This document shows, in pieces, positions 10,778 through 24,067 of a stretch of DNA of 64,000 bases. The first letter of the stretch is position 1. Each line of letters begins with the position of its first letter. Source of the DNA: Octopus sinensis (lineage: Eukaryota); the NCBI RefSeq assembly GCF_006345805.1, contig NC_043011.1, positions 56,556,464 through 56,620,463 on the forward strand, written 5' to 3'. The notes beneath the pieces are model-generated. The model was not told the DNA's origin. It made no database searches and worked only from the letters and a program-made list of their open reading frames with translations. Both the position numbers and the translations under genes were made by a program.

Positions 10778-13735
10778 GAGAAATAAGGATAAAGACAAGT
10801 TTATTTTATAGATCCTGTGTGCGTTTCCCCCACTGTTGCTGTTTGGAGCCCTGTGATAGAAGTGCTTCAAATGCATTTAGATGCTCAACCACAAGGGATC
10901 ATCAAGAAACACTTTATTGTATTAAATTAGAGATAACTATGAGCTTCCACACAGTTTCCATCTAACAAATTGACTGAGATGCCTTTGGTCAGCTCTGGGA
11001 CTCTAGTAGAAGACACTTGCCCATGGTGCCATCTAGTGGGACTGAACTCCCAACCACACAGTTGTATAGCAAGCTTCTTAACCACACAGTCATGAATGCA
11101 CCTATATAGAAGTTTTCCTGACACTTTTCGCATTTCTTTGCTGTTTGGAGGAGATTTTGGAATGGAAGAACAATAATTCTGTTCTGTCAAATTTCAAACT
11201 TCTTTTTTGTCTTACCAAATTCCTTGTTTAATCTTTGTACAGATACTTGAGTGGATCAGACACTTTGCACTTAACCAAGAGGTTGACAGTTCAAACTCTG
11301 TCACTGGTATTGCATTGTGTAGATTGCTGGAACAATTTGTTTGTAAATGGAATAATCTGCCTTGTTGAAAATAGACACTACCACAGGGCCTACCCTGTCC
11401 ATTACTTCAAGGGGTAGCTGCATTAGAAAATGATAATGCTACTTGTTAATATTGATTTTGTTTAGCCCAGTGTCAGCCCTGTTTCAGCAGACATGTGAAC
11501 AGAGGTGTTCCAGTGAGGACCACACCACATTTTTTTAGGGCCAGCTTGGAATATATTATATAATCTGACTTGCCTATTTTGAAATGCAACTTTGTTTAAT
11601 TTGAGAAAGATTTGACTGCTATCTCTAACAAGTTGAGTGTATCTACAGAGGCTTGGTAGTCATCTCAGAGAGGTTGTTAGCTTCTGTTGGTGAGTTTAAA
11701 TCTTCTTTGGAGTAAAACTTGGTTGGAGAGGAATGGGAATTGCAAAGTAATTTAGCCCTTATTTGCTACTGGAAGACAAGGGCTTCAGTGATCTCCCTAA
11801 ATTCCAAAGGGCTAAGAGGTTAAAGGTTGTGACACATCACAAAATTCACAGTTTATCACCCTCTTCCCTGTTGGCAATGCAACATGAAGTTTAAATATGA
11901 ATGTGTAGATCTTTGTTTAACAGTTTATACATTCTCCATGTTTCTTTTAGAACAAATGGTCAAAAACATGTTGGACATCAGTCTTAAAGTTGCTGGATTA
12001 TTAACAAGAGGGTCATGATTTTAAATGTGACCGATGTAGACACTGCTTTGTGCTCTGGGCAAATACCACCATTGTTTTTATGTTCTCTGTTTCCTTGGAT
12101 TGGTTGACTGAATTTGAGAGAGATTTGACTCCTTCTCCACTCTTCCTTTCGCTATTGAAATGTTAACAGTTTGAAATGCAGAGCTGAAGCAACAGTTATT
12201 CCAGAATGACAGAAGTTTCCAAATTTACATAAACCTAACCCTAACCCTAACCATTCTTTCAATTCCAGTGTGAAAACATTAACATAAAACAATAAAAATT
12301 CTAACCATGCCAGGAAAGTAATTGGATTTGAAGTAGAGATAGTTTCTTTTTCCTTTTTTTTCTTTTCACCATTTTAAAGTTTTACTGGAATTCATAGAAA
12401 CCCACTAATTAACCAACTTTGCTGTTTTTGGCTTAATATGAGAAACTCTTGTAGTTTTCATGAGATTTTTATTATTGGGTTATGTCAGTTTTGAGTCTAC
12501 TTACGGCACAAAGGTAGCTGATCAAATAAATTATTTGCTTATTCCTTCTAAAACATTCTTTCCAAAGACATGTGATGCTTGTTTAAGAATAGCTGGAAGT
12601 TTCTGAGATACATTTGGCTGCTGTAAATTCTAAGAGAGAGAGAGAGAGGGGGGGAGAGAGAGAGAGAGAGAGATGTTCACCGATACCAGACGTGTGTGCT
12701 TTGCACTCATGTTGTTTTGAGTTCTGTCCCAGGGTCAAGCACTTTGGGTAAGTGGCTTCTATCATAGCCCTGAGCCAACAATTACCTTGTTAGCTAATTT
12801 GATTTATGGAAACTGTATGGAAGCCTATATATATATTTGTGTCTGTGTTTGTCCCCCACTTGACTACTGTTGTTGGTTTGTTTATGTTCCCATAACATAG
12901 CAATTAAGCAAGAGAGTCAGTTTGAATAAGTACCAGTAATTACTGGGGTTGATTTATTTGACTAAAACCATTCAAAGCAGTGCCCCAGCCTGGCCATGAT
13001 TCAATGACTGAAACAAGTATAAGGTAAAAAGATTAGCTGTTCTTCACTCCAAGACCCAATCAATAATGGTGTAGTTATGGATTATTTTAAACCAAAGATC
13101 AATAAATGATTTGATCAAACAACTCAGATGTGATTCAGCCAATATTAAATCAAACTGCATCTAAACTTCACTCACCGTTTCCATAAATTCTGTAAAAGAT
13201 GTTAACTTAATCTTTAGGTACATGGGTTTTTTTTTGGGGGGGGGGGGGAGTATTGTTAGAGTTTGTAAGGAAATTTCCAGGAGAAATTAAGAAGATTAAT
13301 AAGCAGATAATCATCCAACGAACATTTGTGTGTTAATCTCACACATCTCTAAATCTTTATCATGTTGGACTTTAAACTGATTGAACCACTGCTGTTTATT
13401 ACTGGTATTTTACTTCATCAACTCGAAATGGAATGTACCACCAGTCTACTCATCAAACAGTGTTATAAGCAATTAAAAACCAGTCTATTCGTTATCTTAT
13501 ATTTTATTATATAATATCTGAAATCACTTGAAACACATAGGCAGCACTCTATTGTTAAAAATTATACAAAAATTCATGAATTCCTTTCAGATGATGATTT
13601 GCTTCTGTAAGAATAGATTCTTAAATGGCAGACAAACTTATAAACGTCCCTCAGTGGAGAATAATATTTCAAAATTTCTTATACTGAAGTAAATGATGTT
13701 GTAAGAAAATAACATATAGGGGAAAAGGGGGCTTA

Positions 13736-13850
13736 GCCAGACTCTTCAAGACTTGGCCAGACTCTTCAAGACTTGGCCAGACTCTTCAAAACTTGGCCAG
13801 ACTCTTCAAGACTTGGCCAGACTCTTCAAGACTTGGCCAGACTCTTCAAG
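13736..13850 (+). repeat. 20-bp minisatellite (gccagactcttcaagacttg) x5.75
   Basis: Read directly; one g>a variant in the third unit. Confidence 0.95.
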
Positions 13851-14387
13851 TCTTCACTTCTTTGTGGATTTGTTTCTGGTTTTACTTCATTATTCGACAT
13901 CCTTTTTTTTTTTCTATGCTGGCATGGGTTGGATAGTTTGGTAGGAACTGACATGCAAGGGAGCTGCAGTGTCTGCTTTGGCATGGGTTCTGCTACTGGA
14001 TGCCATTCCTAATGCCAACCATTTTACAGAGTGGACCAGATGCTTTTTTTCTCATCGTACCAGCACCAGTGAGGTCACCAAATACTTTCAAGACAAGACT
14101 CTTTCAACTGAATGGAGTCTCGTATTAGAGGATGTGAAAGGATGATAGAGAAAGAAGAACGAGTGTCTTGCTGAAGAGATGCCTGCATGGTTTCACCAGC
14201 TGAAAAGAGAGAGTTTGGAGGGGGAAAGGGATGGAGAGATGGTGAGAGCATACCATCAAGGTACCAGGTGAATATAAGAGAGATAAATTGTCATGATCTG
14301 CCTTAGAGTCTACTGGTAGGAATCTTAACGAATCAAATTTTTTATGCTTCGTCATTTTTTGCTAAATATGATTTTTAACATTTGTAG

Positions 14388-14571
14388 GTTTCTGGAGAAC
14401 AAGCCATCCGTGAAGCAGAAGAGGAAGAAGAGAGGAGAAAGATGCAGGAGAAAGAAAAAGAACGATTTCATGCTGAGAAACTTCAAAAGATGAAAGAGAA
14501 AAGAAGTAAGAAGACGGCAGTTGCTCGAGGGAAAAAGGAATCAGAAGACATGACTCCACCTCCGACTTTTG
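14388..14571 (+). CDS. SPEF2: SPEF2 internal exon D (phase 0 to 1)
   Basis: ttgtag|GTT TCT...TTT G|gtaagt; VSGEQAIREAEEEEERRKMQEKEK...DMTPPPTF; charged coiled-coil-like segment. Confidence 0.88.
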
Positions 14572-14832
14572 GTAAGTTTCTTCTAGTCATTACTGACACC
14601 CTAAACCTAACCCCACCCCGCTGCATCAATGATGCAAGATTTTTGTTTTAAAGTGATCCTAAAGCAAAGCCTTCCATCAAAATGTTGTCTTCATCCATGT
14701 TCCAAACATCGACTTGACATTTTACTAAATTCTTCATTTTGAAAATCGGCTGAAACACCATCAGTGTGTTTCGATAGAAATTTAGTAACAAAATGGTGGG
14801 TAGGTTTCCCATGAACTATTATCTTTATAATA

Positions 14833-15218
14833 GTGGAGGCGCAATGGCCCAGTGGTTAGGGCAGCGGACTCCCGGTCGTAGGATCGCGGTTTCGATTCCC
14901 AGACCAGGCGTTGTGAGTGTTTATTGAGCGAAAACACCTATAGCTCCTTGAGGCACCGGCAGGGGATGGTGGTGATCCCAGCTGTACTCTGTCACCACAA
15001 CTTTCTCTCACTCTTACTTCCTGTTTCTGTTGTACCTGTATTTCAAAGGGCCGGCCTTGTCACTCTCTGTGTCACACTGAATATCCCCGAAAACTACGTT
15101 AAGGGTACATGTGTCTGTGGAGTGCTCAGCCACTTACACGTTAATTTCATGAGCAGGCTGTTCCGTTGGTCGGATCAACCGGAACCCTCATCGTCGTAAC
15201 CGACGGAGTGCTTCCTCC
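14833..15218 (+). mobile_element. Full-length tRNA-derived SINE, family B, tail type 1
   Basis: Head ggaggcgcaatggcccagtggttaggg with A/B-box-like motifs; 13-bp TSD tatctttataata (14820-14832 and 15219-15231). Confidence 0.92.
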
Positions 15219-15252
15219 TATCTTTATAATATATTTAAAAGGATATTATAAA

Positions 15253-15822
15253 CTAGCTTTTCCACCCAATTTCATTTGGGTCTATTCTCAAACCGCCACA
15301 AACCGTAAACTTGATTATTTTTGTACTTATTAGTGGAATTTTTGAATGAATCAAAATCCAAAAAATATTTCTCATCAAATCCTACAAGGTGGTGTAATTT
15401 TTATACAGAACAAATCAAAGATACAAGCAGCAAAAAATCAAATGATAAATGACTAAGAATGTAACTTTTTTTTCACTTCATAAAATCTTTTCTTTTAAAC
15501 AACAATTTCCATAAAAAATTGACGAACTGTTAAGCAGAAAGGCCCGTAGATTATGCAAATGTGCTTTTTATTAAAATCGCCCACAAAACACGACCTCCAC
15601 AGCTTGCGGAATTGATTGAAAATGGGTTTTGTTGCCCTAGTAACCACAGCTTTTGAGATGGAGATTTCTAACCTAGTCCATTCACTTCCTCGCCTCATTT
15701 TACATGTCCCTGTAAATATTCGGTGCAATCCGAGCATGCCTACTGCCATTGAACCCTGCATAACCACTAATTGAGACACACAAACACACAACTTTCAGCC
15801 ATTTCACTTGTATATTTAGAGA
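15253..15822 (-). mobile_element. Non-autonomous Helitron (570 bp)
   Basis: Minus strand starts TCTCTAAATATACAAG, has hairpin acccaa/ttgggt (15264-15281) near the end, ends CTAG, and sits between A and T with no TSD. Confidence 0.8.
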
Positions 15823-15823
15823 T

Positions 15824-16228
15824 TATGCCAGCACCACCTTGACTGGCTTCTGTGCCGTTGACACGTAAAAAGCACCAACCGATCGTGGCCGTTGCCAGCC
15901 TCTCCTGGCACCTGTGCCCGTGACACATAAAAAGCACCAACCGATCGTGGCCATTTGCCAGCCTCCCCTGGCACCTGTGCTGGTGGCATGTAAAAAGCAC
16001 CAACTGATTGTGGCCGTTTGCCAGCCTCCCCTGGCACCTGTGCCGGTGGCATGTAAAAAGCACCCACTGCACTCACGGAGTGGTTGGTGTTAGGAAGGGC
16101 ATCCAGCTGTAGAAACACTGCCAGATCAGACTGGAGCCTGGTGCAGCCTCCTGGCTTCCCAGACCCCAGTCGAACCGTCCAACCCATGCTCGCATGGAAA
16201 ACGGATGTTAAACTATGATAATGATGAT
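15824..16228 (+). mobile_element. RTE 3'-tail repeat with internal 62-63-bp tandem units
   Basis: Units start at 15852, 15914, 15977 and 16040; ends in a (GAT)n-like tail. Confidence 0.85.
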
Positions 16229-17852
16229 ATACATTCACAACAGAGACGGTATTAATACGGAGAGGCGGTGGGGTTGGTGGCGAGTAATCTCCCATTAGTG
16301 ATATAAACAGACAAGTGCACATTCTGCCTGCACAAGAGTTTTCTCTCAGAGGGTTTCTACTAGAACGTCCGTGTTTAAGTGAGAATAAGTATTATAAGTT
16401 TAGTGTCTGTGCTTCTGTTGTTTCCAGGCTCTTAGAGACTGGTGCTGCTGATGTGGTGAATGGTTCTCTTGAAAATTTATAGTGATGGTGATTTCTTCTT
16501 TTCTATCATCACTATCACCGTTGTTGTTTGCTTGTTTGTGGTTGTTGTTGTTATCAATGCTTTCATTGTATCTTTTATTTAATTGTTTAATTTGTAGAAT
16601 CATCAATGTTAAGCTAAATAAACTTTTACTGGTTTTTAAGTCATTGGACTGTGGCCATGCTGGAGCACCACCTTCGAGAGTTTTCCTTTGGTTACGTATG
16701 GATCCTGGTACTTTGTCTGGTATTTACTTTCTCAACCTTGAACTTGAAACTGGTTGAAAAGGACAGAACCAGCACTGGAGCAAACATAGCTACGCTCTCT
16801 TCTTTGAGCCGTTGCTTATGTTCAACCCTCATATGCTGTGGCACAAATATAGATTCACAGGCATTGCTGTGTGGTTAGGAAGTTTGCTACCCAACCACAT
16901 GGTCTTGGGTTCAGTTCCATTGTGTGGCTCCTTGGGCAAGAGTCTTTTACTATGGTCCTGGTCAACCAAAGCCTTATGAGTGGATTTCGTTGACAGAAAT
17001 TGTCATGCATGTTTATGTGTACACACACATACACAAATACACACACACGCACACACATATGTATGTATGTGTGTATATTTGTATCTCCTTATATGATAAC
17101 TGTAAATGAGTGCCACTGTCATACAAGCAGTGTTGTTTATTTCCATAATTCTGTGAAAACATTTCTAAGTATGGGGCAATATTACATTTCTTGGAAACAG
17201 GTGAGGGTTAGCAACAGGAAGGGCGTTCGACTTTAGGAAATCTGTCTCAGTAAACTCTGTTCAACCTCTGCAAACATGGAAAACAGTGGCAGTGGTGGCT
17301 TCAATGCAATTTCTGTTTCTTCACAAGACTTGTGCCAATCCAAAAAAACCATGCAGTGGAATTGAACTTGGAGCTCTGTGGTTGTCTAGCCAACCTCTTA
17401 ATGACACAGCCACACGTTGATAGTTATTCCTGTCCAACTATAACCTTTCTTTTCAAATAATTACGATTGCTGGACATAACACAACGTTCGTTAATAGTTG
17501 CATAATGAACATGTTTTGAATTGTATCTCGAGTCATTAACAGTTTCTATAATTAAGATCCAGGCAAAGCAGATAATCATTAAATTGTTTCCTTATTAATC
17601 AGGAGCCCTTAAGCAGACAGAATTAAATACCAATGCATAGAGTTTAACACTTACAATGCGTTACTAAGAATTATTGGTACTCTATCCCTTTAGGGACACA
17701 ATGGCTACGAATCCAGGGAGTGGTTGTTGTTTAGCCTTCATTGAGCAGACAGACTTATGAACAAAGGCATTCCAACCATGACTGTCCATCTTTTTTTAGG
17801 AATACACAGGATTAGAGTCCACAACAGGATCCAGTCTTTGTTACAGCTTATA

Positions 17853-18230
17853 TGCCTCAGTGTGACCCTGAGAGCTCTGTGCCAGTGAAGTGCAAGCTCT
17901 TGGTAGGGCCTCCCATGCTGAAACAGATCAAAGGATAGGGGCCACACTAATATGGGCCACCTCTTCCCAGGTGTAAAAATGGATTAACTTAGGGCCAACA
18001 CCCCTTACTTTGAAAAAAGCAAAGTTACAAAAGTATTGATGAAACATGAACCCACAAGAGAGACAGAAGAAGGGATGCCCTAAAAATAGCTGGAGAGGGG
18101 ATACATGAGCAGAGCTGAAAAAGCAGGGAACCAAGTGGAGAGACACAGAGAAGACATCCCAGAGTTAATAAGTGTGTTGAAAATTAGTTGATGGCCTATG
18201 TTCTGTAGGGAGCAAAGGGTTAAGTAAGTA
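17853..18230 (+). mobile_element. Degenerate non-autonomous RTE-type element (5' UTR-like part joined to ORF2 end)
   Basis: 3' part translates KKGCPKNSWRGDT*AELKKQGTKW...LVDGLCSVGSKG followed by (TAAG)n; 5' part gtagggcctcccatg... resembles RTE 5' UTRs. Confidence 0.55.
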
Positions 18231-18461
18231 GGATTGCAGTGTCTTAGTTCCTTATTGGCAATAGTGGGATATGATTTGAGAAAGACTTGGCTGTTATTTT
18301 TAGTAGATTAAAAGAGCACATAGAGGCTTCTTCATTGGTTCACACACTCAGAAACCTGATCTCCTTGCCATGGATGTTGTACATTTGAAGTTCTGGTATT
18401 AGGTCTCTATGAGATATCAGGAGTATTTATGGTATTACACACATTATATATATATATATAT

Positions 18462-19860
18462 ATCACAATCAAGGAACGGCCATAATAGGCCATTCACCCA
18501 CTAGAAATAACAGCCAAAAGCTTCAACCGCAAAATAACATCAATTCCGTAAACCAGGAGAAAATTAAAAAAACATTTACCCTAATTTCTTATACGATGCA
18601 CCGTTTCATCTACTGTTTAATGGTAAACTAACCTGATTAAATTAAATCAAGCCAATCTTCCATAGGCCCTTAGAATCATCAGTAAGAAATAGCCAAGTCG
18701 GAACAGATATTTTCACGAGGCATTTCCGTCTCTGCCTCGGCAATATCTGACCTAAAATTTTCAAATCATTGCACTCGCGCCAAATTTATCGGCAGCAAAT
18801 AAATATAAGCCGCCGATTCCATTACGGAATTAACCAGAAAATTCATAATTAATCAATATAGGGTGGCAAAAAATTTTGTAGAATTTTTTTGCCACCAGCG
18901 GCCTAGTGGGAAAAAAATTAAATAGTCATAGACCATTTTTAAGTTCAATATCACAATCAAGGAACGGCCATAATAGGCCATTCACCCACTAGAAATAACA
19001 GCCAAAAGCTTCAACCGCAAAATAACATCAATTCCGTAAACCAGGAGAAAATTAAAAAAACATTTACCCTAATTTCTTATACGATGCACCGTTTCATCTA
19101 CTGTTTAATGGTAAACTAACCTGATTAAATTAAATCAAGCCAATCTTCCATAGGCCCTTAGAATCATCAGTAAGAAATAGCCAAGTCGGAACAGATATTT
19201 TCACGAGGCATTTCCGTCTCTGCCTCGGCAATATCTGACCTAAAATTTTCAAATCATTGCACTCGCGCCAAATTTATCGGCAGCAAATAAATATAAGCCG
19301 CCGATTCCATTACGGAATTAACCAGAAAATTCATAATTAATCAATATAGGGTGGCAAAAAATTTTGTAGAATTTTTTTGCCACCAGCGGCCTAGTGGGAA
19401 AAAAATTAAATAGTCATAGACCATTTTTAAGTTCAACATCACAATCAAGGAACGGCCATAATAGGCCATTCACCCACTAGAAATAACAGCCAAAAGCTTC
19501 AACCGCAAAATAACATCAATTCCGTAAACCAGGAGAAAATTAAAAAAACATTTACCCTAATATTTCTTATACGATGCACCGTTTCATCTACTGTTTAATG
19601 GTAAACTAACCTGATTAAATTAAATCAAGCCAATCTTCCATAAATCTTCTTTTTAATCTTCTCCTGGTTTACGGAATTGATGTTATTTTGCGGTTGAAGC
19701 TTTTGGCTGTTATTTCTAGTGGGTGAATGGCCTATTATGGCCGTTCCTTGATTGTGATGTTGAACTTAAAAATGGTCTATGACTATTTAATTTTTTTCCC
19801 ACTAGGCCGCTGGTGGCAAAAAAATTCTACAAAATTTTTTGCCACCCTATATTGATTAAT
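18462..19860. repeat. 488-bp tandem array (about 2.4 copies) followed by a 211-bp inverted copy, embedded in (TA)n
   Basis: Units start at 18462, 18950 and 19438; 19650-19860 is the reverse complement of 19336-19546. Confidence 0.95.
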
Positions 19861-19883
19861 AAATATATATATATATATATATA

Positions 19884-20183
19884 TCACCGTGATCACCATG
19901 ACCGACCAGGCTATCAGATGTTGCTACACATCGCTGATCACAGTGTGCTTTGCATTGTTTTTTACCCTTCAAGTGACGCCACCCTGCTGGCTAAGCGAGC
20001 AGGCCAACAGAAGAAAGAGTGAGAGAAAGTTGTGGCGAAAGAGTACAGCAGGGATTGGCACCACCCCCTGCCAGAGCCTCGTGCAGCTTTTTTAGGTGTT
20101 TTCGCTCAATAAACACTCACAACGCCTAGTCTGGGAATTGAAACCGCGAGTCCGCTGCCCTAACCACTGGGCCATTGCGCCTC
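19884..20183 (-). mobile_element. tRNA-derived SINE, family B, tail type 2
   Basis: Head and core match 14833-15218 but the 3' part differs; flanked by (TA)n on both sides. Confidence 0.88.
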
Positions 20184-20221
20184 TATATATATATAGATAT
20201 ATATATATAGTGTACACACAC

Positions 20222-20292
<71 letters not shown>

Positions 20293-20579
20293 ATATAATG
20301 TTGATGATGGAGAAGAATTTGATTATCTATCAGGTTTGGAACTCTATCTATTCAGACGATGGCAAATTCAAAACCAGGCAGAGTCAGTTGCTCTGACCTA
20401 TATGGTTGCATATGTGGAGGATACCCCGAGTGAGCGAAGTGGGCTGTTCCACCACAAATAAATAGTGGACAGATACAGCAAATGGAATCCAGTTGGCAAG
20501 GTACGCCATTCGGACCAGTCACACAGATGACAAAGTACATCATTATAACAATGCAGGACATAACAATAACTATGCTTAA

Positions 20580-20793
20580 CCCTTTAGTGTTTAAACCAGC
20601 CATATCTGGCCCAGATATTCTACATGTTTTATATTCAAACTGGCGATATCTAGCCTCTCACACCTAACCTACATTGACATTCTAAAAATAAACATCATTG
20701 AAACCTCAAAGCTAGAATATAATGCATGATTAATTCAAAACAATTTGAGTGATAAAGGATTACATTTAACAGAGTAATCTGAACACTAAAGGG
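20580..20793. mobile_element. piggyBac-like MITE
   Basis: TTAA at 20576-20579 and 20794-20797; 12-bp TIR ccctttagtgtt; related decayed copies near 35200-35390 and 52514-52725. Confidence 0.8.
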
Positions 20794-21753
20794 TTAAAGT
20801 GTGTATCCTGAGATATAAAAACATGATCTTTTGGACACGGAGTTGTCACCATCATCATTTAAAGTTTACCTTCCATGCTGTCATGGGTTGGAGAGTTCCA
20901 TTGGCGGCAGTGAATAGGAGGATTGAACCAAGTTGCAGTGTCTACTTTGGCTGGATGCCTTTCTTAATGTCAACCACTTCACAGAGTGTACAGGTTGTAC
21001 TTTTTATATGGCACCAGCACAAATGAGGTCACCAAGTAACTCCACAAGACAGGACCCTCCCCACTTAACTGTGTGGCACGTAAAATTGAAAGAGCTGGGA
21101 TTATTCCCGGTGACGAAAAGTTAGAGTATGATAGAGGGATAGGAGCAGGTGTGTTGTGTTAGGGGAGATACATGGCTACCCCAGATGGGAAAGAGAGTTA
21201 AAGGGTGGTGAAGAGGTTTAGGGAAAGGAGAGTGAAAGAGAAATGGCAGAGAAGACTGGAATAGGTGAATGGGTTGGTAAGAATGCTGTAGAGTTCCGCC
21301 TGTTATTGAGGAGATAATGAATGCCTCTTGTAAGGTGTGAACTGGTAACCTAAAAACATTGGTTGTTGCATTCTTGAAAATTATAGAAATTATTGCAAAT
21401 AACAAAATATTTAAAAATTAATGAGGAAAGACAAAAGAAACTCAAAAGTAAATCTAATTTGGAAAAATAAAAAATCACAGAATTTCTGAAAAATAGGGGA
21501 AAAAATAAAATGTATGGTAAGCGAAATTTATTTTATATATTTTATATGTGTGTGTGTGTGTTAAGTACATAAGAAAATCTTATAAAAATCCAATCCCAGC
21601 AAGGCAGTGAATATATTTGTTTTATCTCAGAACTATTGTTGGGAATAAGTACATTATGCAGATAACACACATAGGAATTTAGATAACTTTTCAGCACTAT
21701 TCATATTGATTTTGATTTTTATAACAATATAACAAAAGGAAAAATCATTATTA

Positions 21754-21786
<33 letters not shown>

Positions 21787-22011
21787 TATTATTATTATTA
21801 TTAGGCAACAAATTGTCAGAATTATGGGAATACTGGAACAAATTGTTTTGCTGTTTTTGTTTCAACTCTTAACATCTTGAGTTCAAATCCTGCTGAAGTC
21901 AACTGAGTCTTTCATCCTTTCTGGGACAATAAAATGAAGTACTAGCCATCTACTGGAGTTGATGAAATCGTCTAACCCCTCCCCTCAAAATTGTCGACTT
22001 TTGAGAAGCCA

Positions 22012-22051
<40 letters not shown>

Positions 22052-22581
22052 CCACCACCATAACCACCACCACCATCATCATCATTTAACATTTGTTTTC
22101 CATGTTGGCATGAGTTGGAGAGTTTGACTGGAGCTGGCAATGATGGGGGGCCATGTCAGGCTCCATTTGTCTGCTTTGGCATGGTTTCTACAGCTGGGTG
22201 CCCTTCCTAATGACAACCACTTTACAGAGATGTGGACTGGGTGCTTTTCACACAAGACTGGCCTGAGTGCTTTGTACAGGGCACCAACATTGCTTATCAT
22301 AATCAACACCCAAAGTAAGACATCCAACTTAATCTTGCTTAAGGTTTGTAGATGAGACAGATAACTGGGGCTTGGTGCAGCTCCTTGGTTGGCCAGCTCC
22401 TGTCAAAGAATCCAAACCATACCAGCATGGAGAACAGATGTTAAAGGATGAATGATATATTATAGGAGAAAGAGACCAGAATCTGAGAACTGAGATTCTC
22501 TTCAATTTCTGACTACAATAGAAAGGGCATCATCATCATCATCATCACCATCACCATCACCACCACCACCACCACCACCAC

Positions 22582-22624
<43 letters not shown>

Positions 22625-22629
<5 letters not shown>

Positions 22630-23050
22630 TCGTTTAATGTCCGTCCTCCATGCTAGCATGGATTGGACGATTTTGACTGAGGGCTGGCGAACCAAATGGC
22701 CGCACCAGGCTCCACACTTGATTTGGCAGAGTTTCTACAGCTGGATGCCCTTCCTAACGCCAACCACTCAGAGAGTGTAGTGGGTGCTTTTTACGTGCAA
22801 CCAGCATGGGGCCAGTCATGTGGTACTGGCAATGACCTCGCTCAAATCTTTTTGCACGTGCCACCGGCACAGGTGCCAGTAAGGCGACTTTGGTAACGAT
22901 CACGCTCAAATGGCGCCCTTTTACGTGCCGCCGGCACAGAGCCAGTTGGCTGCTCTGGCAACGATCACGCTCGGATGGTGCTCTTGGCACCCTACTAGCA
23001 CAGGCACAAGTGCCAGTAAAGCGATGCTCTTTCAATTTTACGTGCCACAC
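22625..23050 (-). mobile_element. RTE 3'-tail repeat with internal tandem units
   Basis: Reverse complement of the family at 50428-50756 and 55410-55855; begins at a (CAT)/(ATT)n tract. Confidence 0.85.
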
Positions 23051-23167
23051 AGTTAAGTGGGGAGGGTTTTGTCTTGTGGAATTACTTACTGACCTCATTT
23101 GTGCTGGTGCCATATAAAAAGTACATCCTGTACACTCGAATGGTGCCCTTTTATGTGCCACTGGCAC

Positions 23168-23206
<39 letters not shown>

Positions 23207-24067
23207 AGGCAACAAACTGCCAGAATTGTTAACATGCTAAACAAAGTGCAGAGCACTATTTCTTCCTGCTCTTTATGTTCTGTGTTCAAATTCTGCCGAG
23301 TTTGACTTTGCCTGTTGTCTTCTCAGGTTCAACAAAGTATCAGTCAAGCGCTGATGTAATTGACCTAGCCCCTCTCTCCAAATTCCAAACCTTGTGCCTG
23401 TAATGCAAAGGATCATTAACTTTTCCTGTTGGTACAAATCATGTCTCCTTGTTTCTGTGAGTTTCAAAAACAGTTATTGTATGTTTTCTTTTTTTTTACC
23501 CCATTTGGGTATTTGTTATATTTTTGTTGTATAAATTCCCATAAACACAAGAGAATGGTAATTTCCTTCTTTCGATTCCTTGGAAGGCCAAATTTATTTC
23601 AAAACTTGTGCTTAGAAAATTAGTTTTTAAAAAATAATTTAAAAATCGACAAACGACATTTTGTAATGAAGAAAAGAGAATGGGGTGAGGGTGGTGGGGG
23701 AGAATGTTCACCCTAGGGTGGCACTTCCTATCTTTGGTCCAAAATTCATAAAAAAAAGGAAATGCAACCATTGCTGGTATCATTAGCCCTGACCATATTA
23801 GCAGGAATAACTGAAACAACAACAACAATTCTGCTATTGCTATTACTACTACTACTACCACCACCACCACCGTACCCTTCTCCACCACCACCTACACTAC
23901 TGCTGCTGCCACCACCATTACCATCTCCACCACCTGTCTAGTCACAATGTAACAGTATTGGCTATGGACAATACTGAAGTTAGCAGTGGCTGTAAAACAC
24001 ATCCAACACCACTGATTCTGTCACCATCATCATTGTATCTACTCTTTGCCAGCATGGTTTAGGTGCC

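Noticed and set aside
12234-12252. Telomere or interstitial telomere (CCCTAA)n
   Set aside because: Only about three units; a similar run at 24683-24705 is internal to a MITE
13736-13850. CRISPR-like array
   Set aside because: Units are contiguous with no spacers and the context is eukaryotic; it is a minisatellite
14835-14910. tRNA gene-like sequence (also at about 20110-20183, 43600-43675 and 61345-61418)
   Set aside because: These are SINE heads continuing into SINE bodies, one with a clear TSD; I could not form a complete cloverleaf
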